Positions 1 to 9,041 are shown, counted from the stretch's first letter. The stretch is DNA of 64,000 bases from Candidatus Parcubacteria bacterium (GCA_002869165.1 PKTK01000001.1:382005-446004); one strand, 5' to 3'. The notes: generated from the sequence alone by a model not told the origin. A program made the numbers and translations.

Positions 1-289
1 CCTGGTCAATGAAGTTTTTTAGAATTGCCGGCATGATATACCACCACATAGGGTGGATAAAAACTATTTTATCTGCCCAGGAAATCTTGTCTTGATATTT
101 TTTTCTTAGCTTTAGCGGTTCAAGCTTTCTAATATCCTCAAATTCCAAGAACGGTAATTGTTCTTGCTCCTGGTACAAATCTATCAATTTAAGCTCAAAT
201 CCCCTGTTTTGAGTGATTTTACGGCATTTTTTGGCTATTCTGTGAGAAAAGCTATATTTTGATGGATGTGCTAGTATGATTAATTTTTT
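1..289 (-). CDS. NAD(P)H dehydrogenase (quinone)/flavodoxin-like-fold protein, N-terminal part; the gene runs off the window
   Basis: Reverse translation reads ..KKLIILAHPSKYSFSHRIAKKCRKITQNRGFELKLIDLYQEQ...KISWADKIVFIHPMWWYIMPAILKNFIDQ. This fits the Flavodoxin_2/NQO-type pattern (ILAHP..., hPxWWxxxPAxLKxxID). No ATG/GTG/TTG is present at the expected N-terminus; a TAA (290-292) sits where Met would be. Confidence 0.55.
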
Positions 290-370
290 TTATTTATGTT
301 TTTATGATATAATAGTATTAACAATAAATCAATTTGATCTTTTCTAAAAAAACCAAGGAGGTGATCTGAT

Positions 371-745
371 ATGTGTAAATTTGGTCCAATAGCGGAGTTT
401 AATGAAACAGTTAAAAGAAATAGACCGGAAACTCTTATTATGGCAGAAATATATCCCTGCCATATTATCAAAACAGACAAGATTTCCGGTGAAAGTAAAA
501 AAGTGCTGGATGTTTTTAAGTATCGTATTCTAGCATTTGGTGAAGGTATTACCGAAGAATTAAAAGCTGAATATCCTATGGCTTTTATCGGTAATATCTA
601 TGAGGTTATTTCTGAAGTACGTCGCCGAAAAAAAGAAAATGGCATAGAGAAACCAGCTGCTTACGACGAGGCAGAATCTGCTGCATTTCAAAAAATACTT
701 GTATCTGCCAGAAATGCAGAAACAAAATTTAAGAATGCAGTTTAA
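371..745 (+). CDS. hypothetical protein (124 aa)
   Basis: The ORF is preceded by a strong SD (AAGGAGGTGA) 6 nt before the ATG and followed by a hairpin terminator. I recognised no family motif. Confidence 0.6.
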   Translation: MCKFGPIAEFNETVKRNRPETLIMAEIYPCHIIKTDKISGESKKVLDVFKYRILAFGEGITEELKAEYPMAFIGNIYEVISEVRRRKKENGIEKPAAYDEAESAAFQKILVSARNAETKFKNAV

Positions 746-750
746 TAATA

Positions 751-781
751 GGCGCTGTGCTTGCACAGCGCCTAGTTTTTT
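751..781 (+). terminator. rho-independent terminator
   Basis: Hairpin GGCGCTGTG-CTTG-CACAGCGCC is followed by a T-run. Confidence 0.75.
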
Positions 782-1183
782 ATGAAAAAAGAAAAAGTTA
801 CAATATATTTTTGTGGTAATCCTCTTATGAAAGAGGATTCCTTACCTTTTGAATTAGTACCAATGCTTGAAAAGCATTTTCAGGAAAAAATTAAATTTGT
901 ACATCATGACCCCAATGACAATCTACCAGTTTTAAATAGAATTTTTATTTTAGATGTAGTGATAAATACAATCGATGTTATAACAATAGAAAATGAAAAG
1001 CAACTAGAGACAGAAAGTATATATTCAGCTCACGACTGGGATTTGGCTTTTAATTTAAAATTGTTGTTAAAAATGAATAAACTCAAATCTTTTTTTATTA
1101 TTGGAATTCCTCCAAGTGGAGATGTGGATAAAATAAAAAAAGATGTTATTGCTATTATTGATAAAAATGTTTTAACTATTTAA
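782..1183 (+). CDS. [NiFe]-hydrogenase maturation endopeptidase (HycI/HyaD/FrhD-like)
   Basis: 133 aa. N-terminal ..IYFCGNPLMKEDS.., then ..IFILDVV.. and ..SAHDWDL.. ..FIIGIPP.. follow the GNxLxxDD / vDA / SxH / iGi-p pattern of hydrogenase C-terminal proteases. The gene is convergent with the hydrogenase structural genes. Confidence 0.7.
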   Translation: MKKEKVTIYFCGNPLMKEDSLPFELVPMLEKHFQEKIKFVHHDPNDNLPVLNRIFILDVVINTIDVITIENEKQLETESIYSAHDWDLAFNLKLLLKMNKLKSFFIIGIPPSGDVDKIKKDVIAIIDKNVLTI

Positions 1184-1252
1184 TGTCGCTATAGATTTTT
1201 TAAGTCCATGCCTTTACACATCAAGAAGTTGGGGCAAACAGGAATGACAAAT

Positions 1253-1279
1253 AAAAAAAACGGCTTGCGCCGTTTTTTT
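1253..1279. terminator. bidirectional terminator between convergent genes
   Basis: A8-CGGC-TTGC-GCCG-T7; the hairpin has an A-run on one side and a T-run on the other. Confidence 0.65.
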
Positions 1280-1306
1280 ATGTGATATATTTAAGTATTA
1301 TGTAAT

Positions 1307-2590
1307 TTATTTTACATCCCAGTTTACACGCAAAAAGTGTGAGGCACACGACATACAAGGATCATAAGCTCTGATTATCTTTTCTGCTTCTTTTTTAATT
1401 ACTTCTTCCCCATCGTTTAACTTTTCGTGAACCATCTGCCTTAGATCTTCTCTCAGATTTATTAGATTTTGAGCAGTAGGTATAACAAGATTTGTGTATC
1501 TAACCTTCCCTTCATCAATACCTAGCCAGTAATACAATGAACCTCGTGGGGCTTCAATTACCCCAACCCCTTCACCAGTAAGAGTTTCTGGTTTGACTGG
1601 TTCTTCTTTTTTGAATTCGAAGTTCTGTAATAACTCAATTGAATGATCAACTGAATGAAGTGTTTCAAGGGCTTGGGCAAGATTATTGTGGTAAATGTTT
1701 ATTGAAGGAAATACATCAAGATATTTTTTGGCATCTTTTTTGGTGTTAGCGTGCATAGCTTCTTTATTTAAGTTTAAGCGAGGAAGTGAACCAACCATGT
1801 ATTCGTGCCCTTCAAATTTAAAACCTTTTGCTTGAGAATAAGGAATTACAACATCATGAAGATGGTCCCAAAAATCAGCTTCTGCCACTTCAGCGCCACT
1901 AGAAGAAACTATATTCCCTTCCAGATATGAAAAATCTTCAGTCTTAATAGCAACAAAATCTGTTTTCCTTTCTAATTTCCAGTCACATTCATAATAAATA
2001 TCGCAGAGTTTTAAAACCATTTCTCTGATGCTTTTTAGTTCTTCTATCATTGCTGGAATTTTTTCCATATCAGGTACGGCTGAAAATCCACCAACTTGTT
2101 CATAAATAGCATGAACAGATCGACCAGCAATTAATTTTGATAAATTATTACCAGCTGCTTTTATATGAAGAGAGTCATTAATCAAATCCTTGTGCGATTC
2201 AGCTAGATCAAGAGCTGAATCAACTCCGAATAAGTCAGGGAGAGAAAAGAAATATAGGTGTAGGGCATGATCTCTAATCATGAGAGAGTGCATAGTTAGT
2301 TTTCTCATGCGCATTGTCTGCTCAGTAGGTTTGATGTTCAGAGTTTTTTCAACAGCCTCAATACAAGCTGTCATGTGAGCAATAGAGCAAGTACCACAGA
2401 TACGAGAAGTAAGTTGTGGTACAGAGTTCCAATCAGCGCCTTTAACTGCTTGATTGAAAAAACGCATATTTTCCATAACTCGAAGATCCACATCTACAAC
2501 TTCTCCATCCCTGATCTTAATATCAAGATCAGCATGACCTTCGATTTTTGATATTTTATTTATTGATATGTCTAAATCATGTGAATGCAT
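1307..2590 (-). CDS. [NiFe]-hydrogenase large (catalytic) subunit, cytosolic group-3-like
   Basis: N-terminal RICGTCSIAH (RxCGxCxxxH) and C-terminal DPCMSCASH (DPCxxCxxH) are the Ni-Fe ligand motifs. A 10-aa tail after the His is consistent with protease processing. 427 aa. Confidence 0.9.
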   Translation of the reverse strand: MHSHDLDISINKISKIEGHADLDIKIRDGEVVDVDLRVMENMRFFNQAVKGADWNSVPQLTSRICGTCSIAHMTACIEAVEKTLNIKPTEQTMRMRKLTMHSLMIRDHALHLYFFSLPDLFGVDSALDLAESHKDLINDSLHIKAAGNNLSKLIAGRSVHAIYEQVGGFSAVPDMEKIPAMIEELKSIREMVLKLCDIYYECDWKLERKTDFVAIKTEDFSYLEGNIVSSSGAEVAEADFWDHLHDVVIPYSQAKGFKFEGHEYMVGSLPRLNLNKEAMHANTKKDAKKYLDVFPSINIYHNNLAQALETLHSVDHSIELLQNFEFKKEEPVKPETLTGEGVGVIEAPRGSLYYWLGIDEGKVRYTNLVIPTAQNLINLREDLRQMVHEKLNDGEEVIKKEAEKIIRAYDPCMSCASHFLRVNWDVK

Positions 2591-2605
2591 AATAGTAAAT
2601 TTAGT

Positions 2606-3067
2606 TTATAAGTATTTTTCAAATGTTTCTATAAATGTTTTTTCATCTATTGGGCAACCCATTACTTCATCATCTATTTTAACTGCTTCTTTTACGGCTA
2701 ATGTTTTTGGCAGATAGTGGTATTTTTCAAGGTGGTCTTTTATTTCATTAGTTTGCTCTTCGTTGAAGTTGTTTCTTTGACCTGATGGTTGTGAGGTTAT
2801 AGCACAAGATCCCATTGCAATTAAAATATCAGTTTTTTCGCGGATTTCTTTTATTTCTTTGAGTTCTTTTTCAGTGGATATTACGCCCTCGACCAAGGCA
2901 ACATCCAAATGATCAAATTCGCTTTTATCACGAACTGATAAAAAATACCTTAGGTCTACTTTCTCAAGCCAAGGTACTAACTTTTCATTGAAGATTTCTA
3001 TTAGATATATAGAACAGCCTTCATCGCATGAAAAGCTGAATATACCTATTTGTTTTTTTTCTGCCAT
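2606..3067 (-). CDS. [NiFe]-hydrogenase small subunit (short form, proximal Fe-S cluster only)
   Basis: 153 aa. Cys pattern SCDEGCS ... GSCA ... GCP is typical of the short small/delta subunits of cytosolic hydrogenases. It lies directly upstream of the large subunit. Confidence 0.8.
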   Translation of the reverse strand: MAEKKQIGIFSFSCDEGCSIYLIEIFNEKLVPWLEKVDLRYFLSVRDKSEFDHLDVALVEGVISTEKELKEIKEIREKTDILIAMGSCAITSQPSGQRNNFNEEQTNEIKDHLEKYHYLPKTLAVKEAVKIDDEVMGCPIDEKTFIETFEKYL

Positions 3068-3124
3068 AGATTTATATTATTTATTATTTAATTTTATTAT
3101 AGCATTTTTTCCTTTATTTTAAAA

Positions 3125-3982
3125 CTAATTCGGATTTTTGACACAACGAAATCCTGTGGCATTACTTGTTTCAGTCGGTGTTGATACAATGTAATGAGTG
3201 TATTGCCCAGCCTCTTCTTTGTTGTTATAGTATCCTCCCCTAGCAATAGTTCTGGTTTTGGTATTTTTTATCCAAACGTAATCATTTTTGTACATCTCAT
3301 CTGGTGTATTACTAGTTTCGGACGGAAAAGCATCATCTGGATTTATACCATTTACATAACCAGCTTCAGGAAGTTCTCTATAGGCAAATTCACCTTCTTC
3401 AACTGAACCGTCAACCCATTGCCATACATTACCAACCATATCATACGCACCTGAAAAAGAATAACAATTTTTTCCTGAACCAGTAAATCCTGGTTGATTG
3501 AGCCAGTTTTCAGAAACCTGACAATCGTTTTCTCCCCAACCATTATCTAAGTCAGGGGTTCCCAAGGCAGCAACAGACCATTCTTTATTGGAAGGCAGTC
3601 TTTTTCCTTCTTTAACGCAAGCATAGTAAGCCTGGTTTTGAGAGATATTTGCCCAGGGGATATTTTCTTCTTTTGATATAGCATGACAATTAGGATTGTC
3701 TATGTTGGCAGTGCTTTCTGAAAGATTTGTTGGGTTGCTAAAAGGACAGTTGGTGCTTGCAGATACTTCGTATTTATCTATACAAAAATCACCCCAAGAA
3801 GCTTGAACAAAAACCATGTCACTCGGGCATTTTGAGTTTGATTCTCCAAGAATAATACGACCAATAAGCGACTCTGAAATATCATCTCTGTGATCTACCG
3901 CATCGATACTAGCAGTAGCAAGCAAGACAACGATAATGGAAGTTATGAAGTATTTTATTGATTTTAAAAAAAAATTTTTCAT
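3125..3982 (-). CDS. secreted/membrane-anchored FGE-sulfatase (SUMF1-like) domain protein
   Basis: N-terminal TM helix. Motifs KRLPSNKEW, GNVWQWV, ARGG and GFRCV are characteristic of the formylglycine-generating-enzyme fold. Confidence 0.75.
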   Translation of the reverse strand: MKNFFLKSIKYFITSIIVVLLATASIDAVDHRDDISESLIGRIILGESNSKCPSDMVFVQASWGDFCIDKYEVSASTNCPFSNPTNLSESTANIDNPNCHAISKEENIPWANISQNQAYYACVKEGKRLPSNKEWSVAALGTPDLDNGWGENDCQVSENWLNQPGFTGSGKNCYSFSGAYDMVGNVWQWVDGSVEEGEFAYRELPEAGYVNGINPDDAFPSETSNTPDEMYKNDYVWIKNTKTRTIARGGYYNNKEEAGQYTHYIVSTPTETSNATGFRCVKNPN

Positions 3983-4027
3983 TGAAGTAAAATATACTTT
4001 ATTATACCATTTTTTAATGCAAACAAA

Positions 4028-4055
4028 AACCCCTTTTTGAAAAAGAGGTTTTTTG
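4028..4055 (-). terminator. terminator of the lipoprotein gene
   Basis: Minus strand reads AACCTCTTTTT-CA-AAAAGGGGTT followed by a T-run. Confidence 0.6.
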
Positions 4056-4069
4056 GTGACTATGTATTT

Positions 4070-5077
4070 TTATTGAGTTATTTTACTAAAATTAAGAGTG
4101 ATTCCTCTATCAAGATAAATAAGCGATAATTTAGTTTCGGAAACCTCTAGGATTTTGTATCTTACTTCACTATCACTATCTTCAACTATTAAAAAAGAGT
4201 CATTTTCAGATTTTTCTATTGTATATTTTGCACTAGCAATAATTTCACCTTGGCTGTAGTCAGTTTTCAGATCATTTTTAAATTGTATACTATAAGTTTC
4301 ATCATCATCTGAGACCCATTCCCCTTTTATGGCTTCAGCTTTTGTTCCAAAGGGAATGAATTTAATCGTGTTAGAAATTTTGTCAAATTTATTAAACCAG
4401 TCTTGAGCAAAATCACTGCCTTTGTTTTCGACCAATTGAGTGTAAAACTCTGCTTGCTTATCAAAATTCCAGATTGATTCATCACCACAATTCATATTGT
4501 CAATTTGAAAATATTCTAGATTTTCTTTTATAATTTGGCCAGGATCAGCTTTTAAAGTAATTAGTATTTGATAGTCGTTATTAAAGAAGTACAATGATCT
4601 TTCAAAAAGCACACTACAAACATCGAAACGTGATAAAACCATGAATTCTTGAGCATAAGTATCATCTATTTCGCGAACTTTTTTACTTTCCTTTAATGGA
4701 AAATCAACACTGTTACCATACTCCCCTGTTGGTAGTAATAACATATTGGTTCTAGCAGTATCTTGGTCAAATCCCATTGGCCCATTTAGATTGTCTATTT
4801 TTGTAGACTCAACGTGAAGAGATATTGGCCACTCGTTCATGGAATTCATCCCTACATCAAGTGGATATTTAAGAGTGATGCCAACTTTTTCATCTTCATA
4901 AACTGGCCACATATCTGTTTCGTTTTCAATTGCCTTTGCTCTGCCAGAATAATTAAATTCTTCTTCCTCTTGTGAAATTTGAGATTTATTTTCTTGGTTG
5001 TCGATGTTGTTGCTCAAGCAAGCACTCAAAGAAAACATTACTAGTAATAAGTAAATAAGGTTTTTGTAGATTTTCAT
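4070..5077 (-). CDS. putative lipoprotein (335 aa), unknown function
   Basis: Signal peptide with lipobox ..VMFSLSAC.. No recognisable catalytic motif. Confidence 0.6.
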   Translation of the reverse strand: MKIYKNLIYLLLVMFSLSACLSNNIDNQENKSQISQEEEEFNYSGRAKAIENETDMWPVYEDEKVGITLKYPLDVGMNSMNEWPISLHVESTKIDNLNGPMGFDQDTARTNMLLLPTGEYGNSVDFPLKESKKVREIDDTYAQEFMVLSRFDVCSVLFERSLYFFNNDYQILITLKADPGQIIKENLEYFQIDNMNCGDESIWNFDKQAEFYTQLVENKGSDFAQDWFNKFDKISNTIKFIPFGTKAEAIKGEWVSDDDETYSIQFKNDLKTDYSQGEIIASAKYTIEKSENDSFLIVEDSDSEVRYKILEVSETKLSLIYLDRGITLNFSKITQ

Positions 5078-5123
5078 ATTTGTATTATTAATAATAAATT
5101 CATTATAGCAAAATAAAATAAAA

Positions 5124-5156
5124 TAAAAAAACCGTTATAATATTCTAACGGTTTTA
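5124..5156 (-). terminator. rho-independent terminator
   Basis: ACCGTTA-N8-TAACGGT, flanked by A/T runs. Confidence 0.6.
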
Positions 5157-5165
5157 TAATTGGGT

Positions 5166-5483
5166 TTACTTGCTAGCTTGAGCCAGGTAGTAATTCATTC
5201 TTTCTATGTAGCATTCAATTTTTGCTTTGTTCTTGTCTTTTTGCAGAATAGAGTCAAAAAATTTTCCATTTAAAATCCATACACCACTGTCAATTTTTAT
5301 TTTTTGATGTATTTTTCCACTTTGAGCATCTACAACAATTTGGAAAGTAGAAACTAAGGGATTTGTTGACCTAAGAGTAATATTAAATACATTCTCTCTT
5401 CTCTGTATATTCAAAATGCCATCACTTACTTTTACTATCCCACCCTTTTCTCTAATTGAGTTAATTTTGGCAATATTACACAT
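5166..5483 (-). CDS. hypothetical protein (105 aa from MCNIAK...)
   Basis: The ORF track extends to 5519, but the ATG at 5483 has a GAGGGAG SD 5 nt upstream. Confidence 0.5.
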   Translation of the reverse strand: MCNIAKINSIREKGGIVKVSDGILNIQRRENVFNITLRSTNPLVSTFQIVVDAQSGKIHQKIKIDSGVWILNGKFFDSILQKDKNKAKIECYIERMNYYLAQASK

Positions 5484-5567
5484 ATTCTCCCTCATTTGTT
5501 TTTTTATATAAATGAACATTTAACTAAAATATTAGTATATTTTAGTTTATATGTCAAATAAGTATCC

Positions 5568-5596
5568 TTGACAATGTAAAAAAATAGTATTATTAT
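5568..5596 (+). promoter_or_regulatory. sigma70-like promoter upstream of tRNA-Gln
   Basis: TTGACA (5568-5573), 17-nt spacer, TATTAT (5591-5596). Confidence 0.5.
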
Positions 5597-5644
5597 ATTT
5601 ATATAAAAGCCGCCCAATTTGGTGGTTTTTCATTTAGAGAATTT

Positions 5645-5718
5645 TCGGAGATCGTCTAATGGTAGGACTCCAGGTTTTGGTCCTGGCTATCGGGGTTCGA
5701 ATCCCTGTCTCCGAGCCA
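5645..5718 (+). tRNA. tRNA-Gln(UUG): tRNA-Gln (anticodon UUG), CCA encoded
   Basis: Manual cloverleaf: acceptor TCGGAGA/TCTCCGA, D stem GTCT/GGAC, anticodon stem CCAGG/CCTGG with loop TT-TTG-GT, T arm CGGGG-TTCGAAT-CCCTG, discriminator G + CCA. 74 nt. Confidence 0.9.
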
Positions 5719-7311
5719 AGAAAGACGAAGCGATGCGAGAGCATCGCTTTTGTTGTAATCTAAGTGAGAATTCATCGGTTCTAACCTATCTAATTTAGCA
5801 TTGAAAGTTTTTGCGTTCTCATAAATCGGCATATACCATTTATAAAGTGAGATTAGCACTTTTTTGTCTTTTATTTCTCGGTTCGAACCTAGATCAATGA
5901 GTATCTCTCTTTTGACTGAATTATCGCTTTTAAGGAACTTCTTTTTAGCATGAGTGGCAAAAACAAACTTTTCTTTGGTCAGTTCAATCAAATCTTCTTC
6001 ATTGTTTCTCTTTTCTTTTTTCTTAGTTAAATTTTCGAGTTCATTTTTCAGATTCATTTTCTCTTTCAAATATTCTTCATCATCCAATAAGTTTTTAGCC
6101 CTCATCATAGTTAGGTTAGAAATCTCACTTTCTATTTCCTTTGCTCTGTCATTCTGATTAGCCTCAATTTGCTTTTCCTCTCGCTTCTCAGAGCCTTTCT
6201 GGGTGTCTAGATGTTCCAATGCCCAATCAAGAAATTTGGGATGAATTTCCAGTCTTTTGAGTTTTTCAAACACTTCTGTTTTTATCTCATTTTCTTCAAC
6301 AGAACCTTGTTTGCAATTAGCTTCTTTACTTTTGTGAGTACAATGGTAATAGTCATAACCCTTTACTTTATTTTTACTTTTAATATACTTAGTTTTATGT
6401 TCAGCAGTTATTGAACAACCGCAATCAGCACACTTAAACATTCCTGAATAAGTAAAGTCATGTTTTTGTGGCTTTCTTTTACATCCTCTTTGTCCTAACA
6501 ATTCCTGAATTCTGTTAAACTCATCAATCGTTATTATTTGTTTATGTCTTCCTTTACTTTCTTTTCCACTATAAACAATAATCCCGGCATAAAACGGGTT
6601 ACCTAGCATTTTATACCAGACACTTCTTGATAATTTACCACCGCCAGATTTCTTCTTTTTCCTAGTGCGATAATTCCAATCTTCATTCAATATATTTAAA
6701 ACCTCTTGAGCTGTATAGGCTCCACTTAAAAACAAATCAAATGCTTTTCTCAGTAGCACAGTTCTTTTTTTGTCCGTGATAATAGCCCTTTGTCCTTTTT
6801 CCAGTCTCATATCATTCAGGTACCCCTCAGGAGCAACACCAGGCAACCAACCCAAAGACACTTTCTTCTCCAAACCTCTTTTTACATCTTTACCTAGTTT
6901 TGATGAGAAATACTGAGATTGAGAAAGTGCCAACTGCAACATCATTATTCCCTCAGGACTATTATCAAAATTATATGAGCCGAATTTGAGATCATGGATT
7001 ATTCCAGTTCGTACCAAGTAGGTAATAGTTGAAGCATCTATTTCGTTTCTCGATAACCTGTCTGGATGCCAAGCAATTATTCCCTGTGCTTCACCAAGTT
7101 TTATTCGTCTAATCATGTCCTCAAACACAGGACGATTATACGGCTTAAAAGCAGAATACTTTTCTTCTAAAATTTCAACAATATCAAAACCAGGACAGGT
7201 TTTTTTAACACTATCTTTTTGTGAGTCAATCGAAAGAGCCTGTCTTTCTTCTCCTTCTGTTGATTTTCTCACATAAGCGAAATATTTAGTTTTGTTTTCT
7301 TGGTTTACCAT
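5656..7311 (-). CDS. large serine recombinase/integrase
   Basis: Start chosen at MVNQENKTKYFAYVRKSTEGEERQALSIDSQ, which is a resolvase-type catalytic N-terminus (YxRxST..Q..S...Q). It also has a recombinase domain, a Zn-ribbon (CADCGC...YYHCTHK) and a long coiled coil. The ORF track extends to 7440, and the 3' end reads antisense through the tRNA. Confidence 0.85.
   Translation of the reverse strand: MVNQENKTKYFAYVRKSTEGEERQALSIDSQKDSVKKTCPGFDIVEILEEKYSAFKPYNRPVFEDMIRRIKLGEAQGIIAWHPDRLSRNEIDASTITYLVRTGIIHDLKFGSYNFDNSPEGIMMLQLALSQSQYFSSKLGKDVKRGLEKKVSLGWLPGVAPEGYLNDMRLEKGQRAIITDKKRTVLLRKAFDLFLSGAYTAQEVLNILNEDWNYRTRKKKKSGGGKLSRSVWYKMLGNPFYAGIIVYSGKESKGRHKQIITIDEFNRIQELLGQRGCKRKPQKHDFTYSGMFKCADCGCSITAEHKTKYIKSKNKVKGYDYYHCTHKSKEANCKQGSVEENEIKTEVFEKLKRLEIHPKFLDWALEHLDTQKGSEKREEKQIEANQNDRAKEIESEISNLTMMRAKNLLDDEEYLKEKMNLKNELENLTKKKEKRNNEEDLIELTKEKFVFATHAKKKFLKSDNSVKREILIDLGSNREIKDKKVLISLYKWYMPIYENAKTFNAKLDRLEPMNSHLDYNKSDALASLRLSWLGDRDSNPDSQDQNLESYH
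5728..5753 (+). terminator. terminator hairpin after the tRNA
   Basis: AAGCGATGC-GAGA-GCATCGCTT followed by TTGTTG. Confidence 0.6.
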
Positions 7312-7485
7312 ATTGTCATGTTTTAGATAATCAAAAAGGGACGGTCGTGGAGACCCAACTAAACAATACCAAAAGTAATATTTGTCGGCACAAACCGCCC
7401 CTTCCTGGGGACAAATAAAATAAAAACTTCTGGTATTCAATTGTATAGTTAGGTCTCAATTTCATATTATCATAAATAATAGTTT

Positions 7486-7659
7486 TTACAAATTACTATA
7501 TTTCTCAAAATCTTTTTTACTCATTGGCTCATAAGTCAGTTTTACAATCGAAACCAAGGCAGTCGCTTGTTTAAGTGCTTCTGCTTCACTTATTTCTTCA
7601 TTAAACTCTTGTCGGTAGAGTTCAATGAATGATTTCAGTTGTGCCCTGGTAAATTGCAT
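7486..7659 (-). CDS. small helical protein (57 aa from MQFTRAQL...); possible recombinase accessory factor
   Basis: Short ORF directly upstream of the recombinase and co-oriented with it. Function is unknown; the accessory role is inferred from position only. Confidence 0.35.
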   Translation of the reverse strand: MQFTRAQLKSFIELYRQEFNEEISEAEALKQATALVSIVKLTYEPMSKKDFEKYSNL

Positions 7660-7934
7660 TATTATTTTGTTTATCAGATTATATGTATATCTTATAGATT
7701 GTAACGAGAGCAAAATTGACAAACTAGCTTAGCTTAAAATCTCAACTTCATATATATGTTTATTGGCTAATCCTCATTTCACTCGCGAGCAGATGTTACC
7801 CTGTAGATCAAGCCAAATAGATGTTTTGATCATCTCTAGTTTTTACTCTCAAATAACTTTTTCGTTAGATGTGTGGTTATAATCAAGTTAAGATATGTAA
7901 AGTACTTTTTTATTCTTTTTCCTGTTTTTACCGC

Positions 7935-8012
7935 TTTTACTCCGGTTCCGTTTTTTCGGCTCCGGTGCTGTCGCATCCGGAGGCCGAAAAAACGAAATCC
8001 TCGTGAGTAAAA
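7935..8012. other. GC-rich extended hairpin in an AT-rich intergenic region
   Basis: CGTTTTTTCGGCTCCGG (7949-7965) pairs with CCGGAGGCCGAAAAAACG (7977-7994) with one bulge. An outer pair is TTTTACTC (7935-7942) / GAGTAAAA (8005-8012). Confidence 0.6.
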
Positions 8013-8174
8013 TAGTTAATAAAAAGAAATGAAAAAAGAATACAAAAAAACTGCTTTCAATTATATGAAAACAGTCTTGAGGTACTTTGATATAAATTTT
8101 ACCTCAAAAATAAAAAAGCCCCTTTTTGATTGACCAAAAACAATCAATTTACCTCAAAATCAATCTAATCCTTT

Positions 8175-8225
8175 CAAGCTATCCCCAAGAAAAACTACGG
8201 ACAGGTTTTTCATGGGGATAGCTTG
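8175..8225. other. 21-bp-stem hairpin immediately 3' of the 270-aa gene
   Basis: CAAGCTATCCCCAAGAAAAAC - TACGGACAG - GTTTTTCATGGGGATAGCTTG (one central mismatch). There is no clear T-run, so it is not a classical terminator. Confidence 0.6.
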
Positions 8226-8228
8226 GGA

Positions 8229-9041
8229 TTATATGTATTTCTTATTGATACTTACTTTACCAGTTCGACCAGTATTGAATATGAGGAAATCACTTATATT
8301 ATCTTTTGTTTGTTTTTCAATCTTGGATTGGATGTCTTTGCAGGCTGTGTGATATTTTTGCCAATTATTATTTCTGTTCTTGTAATCAATTTCATTAAAT
8401 TCATTTTCAGCTATTTCAGAATAAAAGAAATCATCTGTTAAATTGTCTTTGTTGGTGATAAAAATGTATTTCAGTATTTTATAGGCATTAGTTATTTTGT
8501 CTTGCTTGTTGATAGTTATTTTTTCGCCTTTCAAATAAAGCAAGCCTCGTTTTTCATCAAACGAGGTTTTTTCATCTTCCTTATCATCAATGAATTTATT
8601 CTCGCTGATTTTTTCAAAAAAGCCACTGTTAACAATCTGCATAGTAAAATCAAGTAAGTCTTCTGAATATGGTTTTGAGTAGCAAGCACAAATATCTTCA
8701 TATAACTTTCTGTCTTTCATCTTGCATTCTTTCAGTATTTTCATTTTGTCGTGGATTTTCTCTAGATTTTCCATATACATCCAAAATTGCTTGGAGTACA
8801 TGGTCTTTTTATCAATTTCTAAAAACTCCTCAATACCTACTTCATCAGGATGAATAAAGGTGCCCATAGCTTCTGATTCTTTATATATTTTCCTTAGTAG
8901 TTCTTTGGCTAGTGGCTCAGTGCTTAAATACCGGAAATACTTATATATCACAACTAACTTATCAAAAATACTCTTTTCCATTAAAAAAAGTCGGCGAAAA
9001 TCCGACAATTTATCCTTGAATTTTTGAGGTGATATTGGCAT
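8229..9041 (-). CDS. hypothetical protein (270 aa), island cargo
   Basis: Long ORF with no recognised catalytic motif. The C-terminal third looks like a possible winged-helix region (weak impression only). Confidence 0.55.
   Translation of the reverse strand: MPISPQKFKDKLSDFRRLFLMEKSIFDKLVVIYKYFRYLSTEPLAKELLRKIYKESEAMGTFIHPDEVGIEEFLEIDKKTMYSKQFWMYMENLEKIHDKMKILKECKMKDRKLYEDICACYSKPYSEDLLDFTMQIVNSGFFEKISENKFIDDKEDEKTSFDEKRGLLYLKGEKITINKQDKITNAYKILKYIFITNKDNLTDDFFYSEIAENEFNEIDYKNRNNNWQKYHTACKDIQSKIEKQTKDNISDFLIFNTGRTGKVSINKKYI

Noticed and set aside
5609-5630. A G-U-containing hairpin (GCCGCC-CAATTT-GGTGGT + T5) between the tRNA promoter and tRNA-Gln, considered as a possible attenuator.
   Set aside because: The stem is only 6 bp and includes two wobble pairs. 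It could equally be fortuitous, and there is no supporting context for regulated tRNA transcription.
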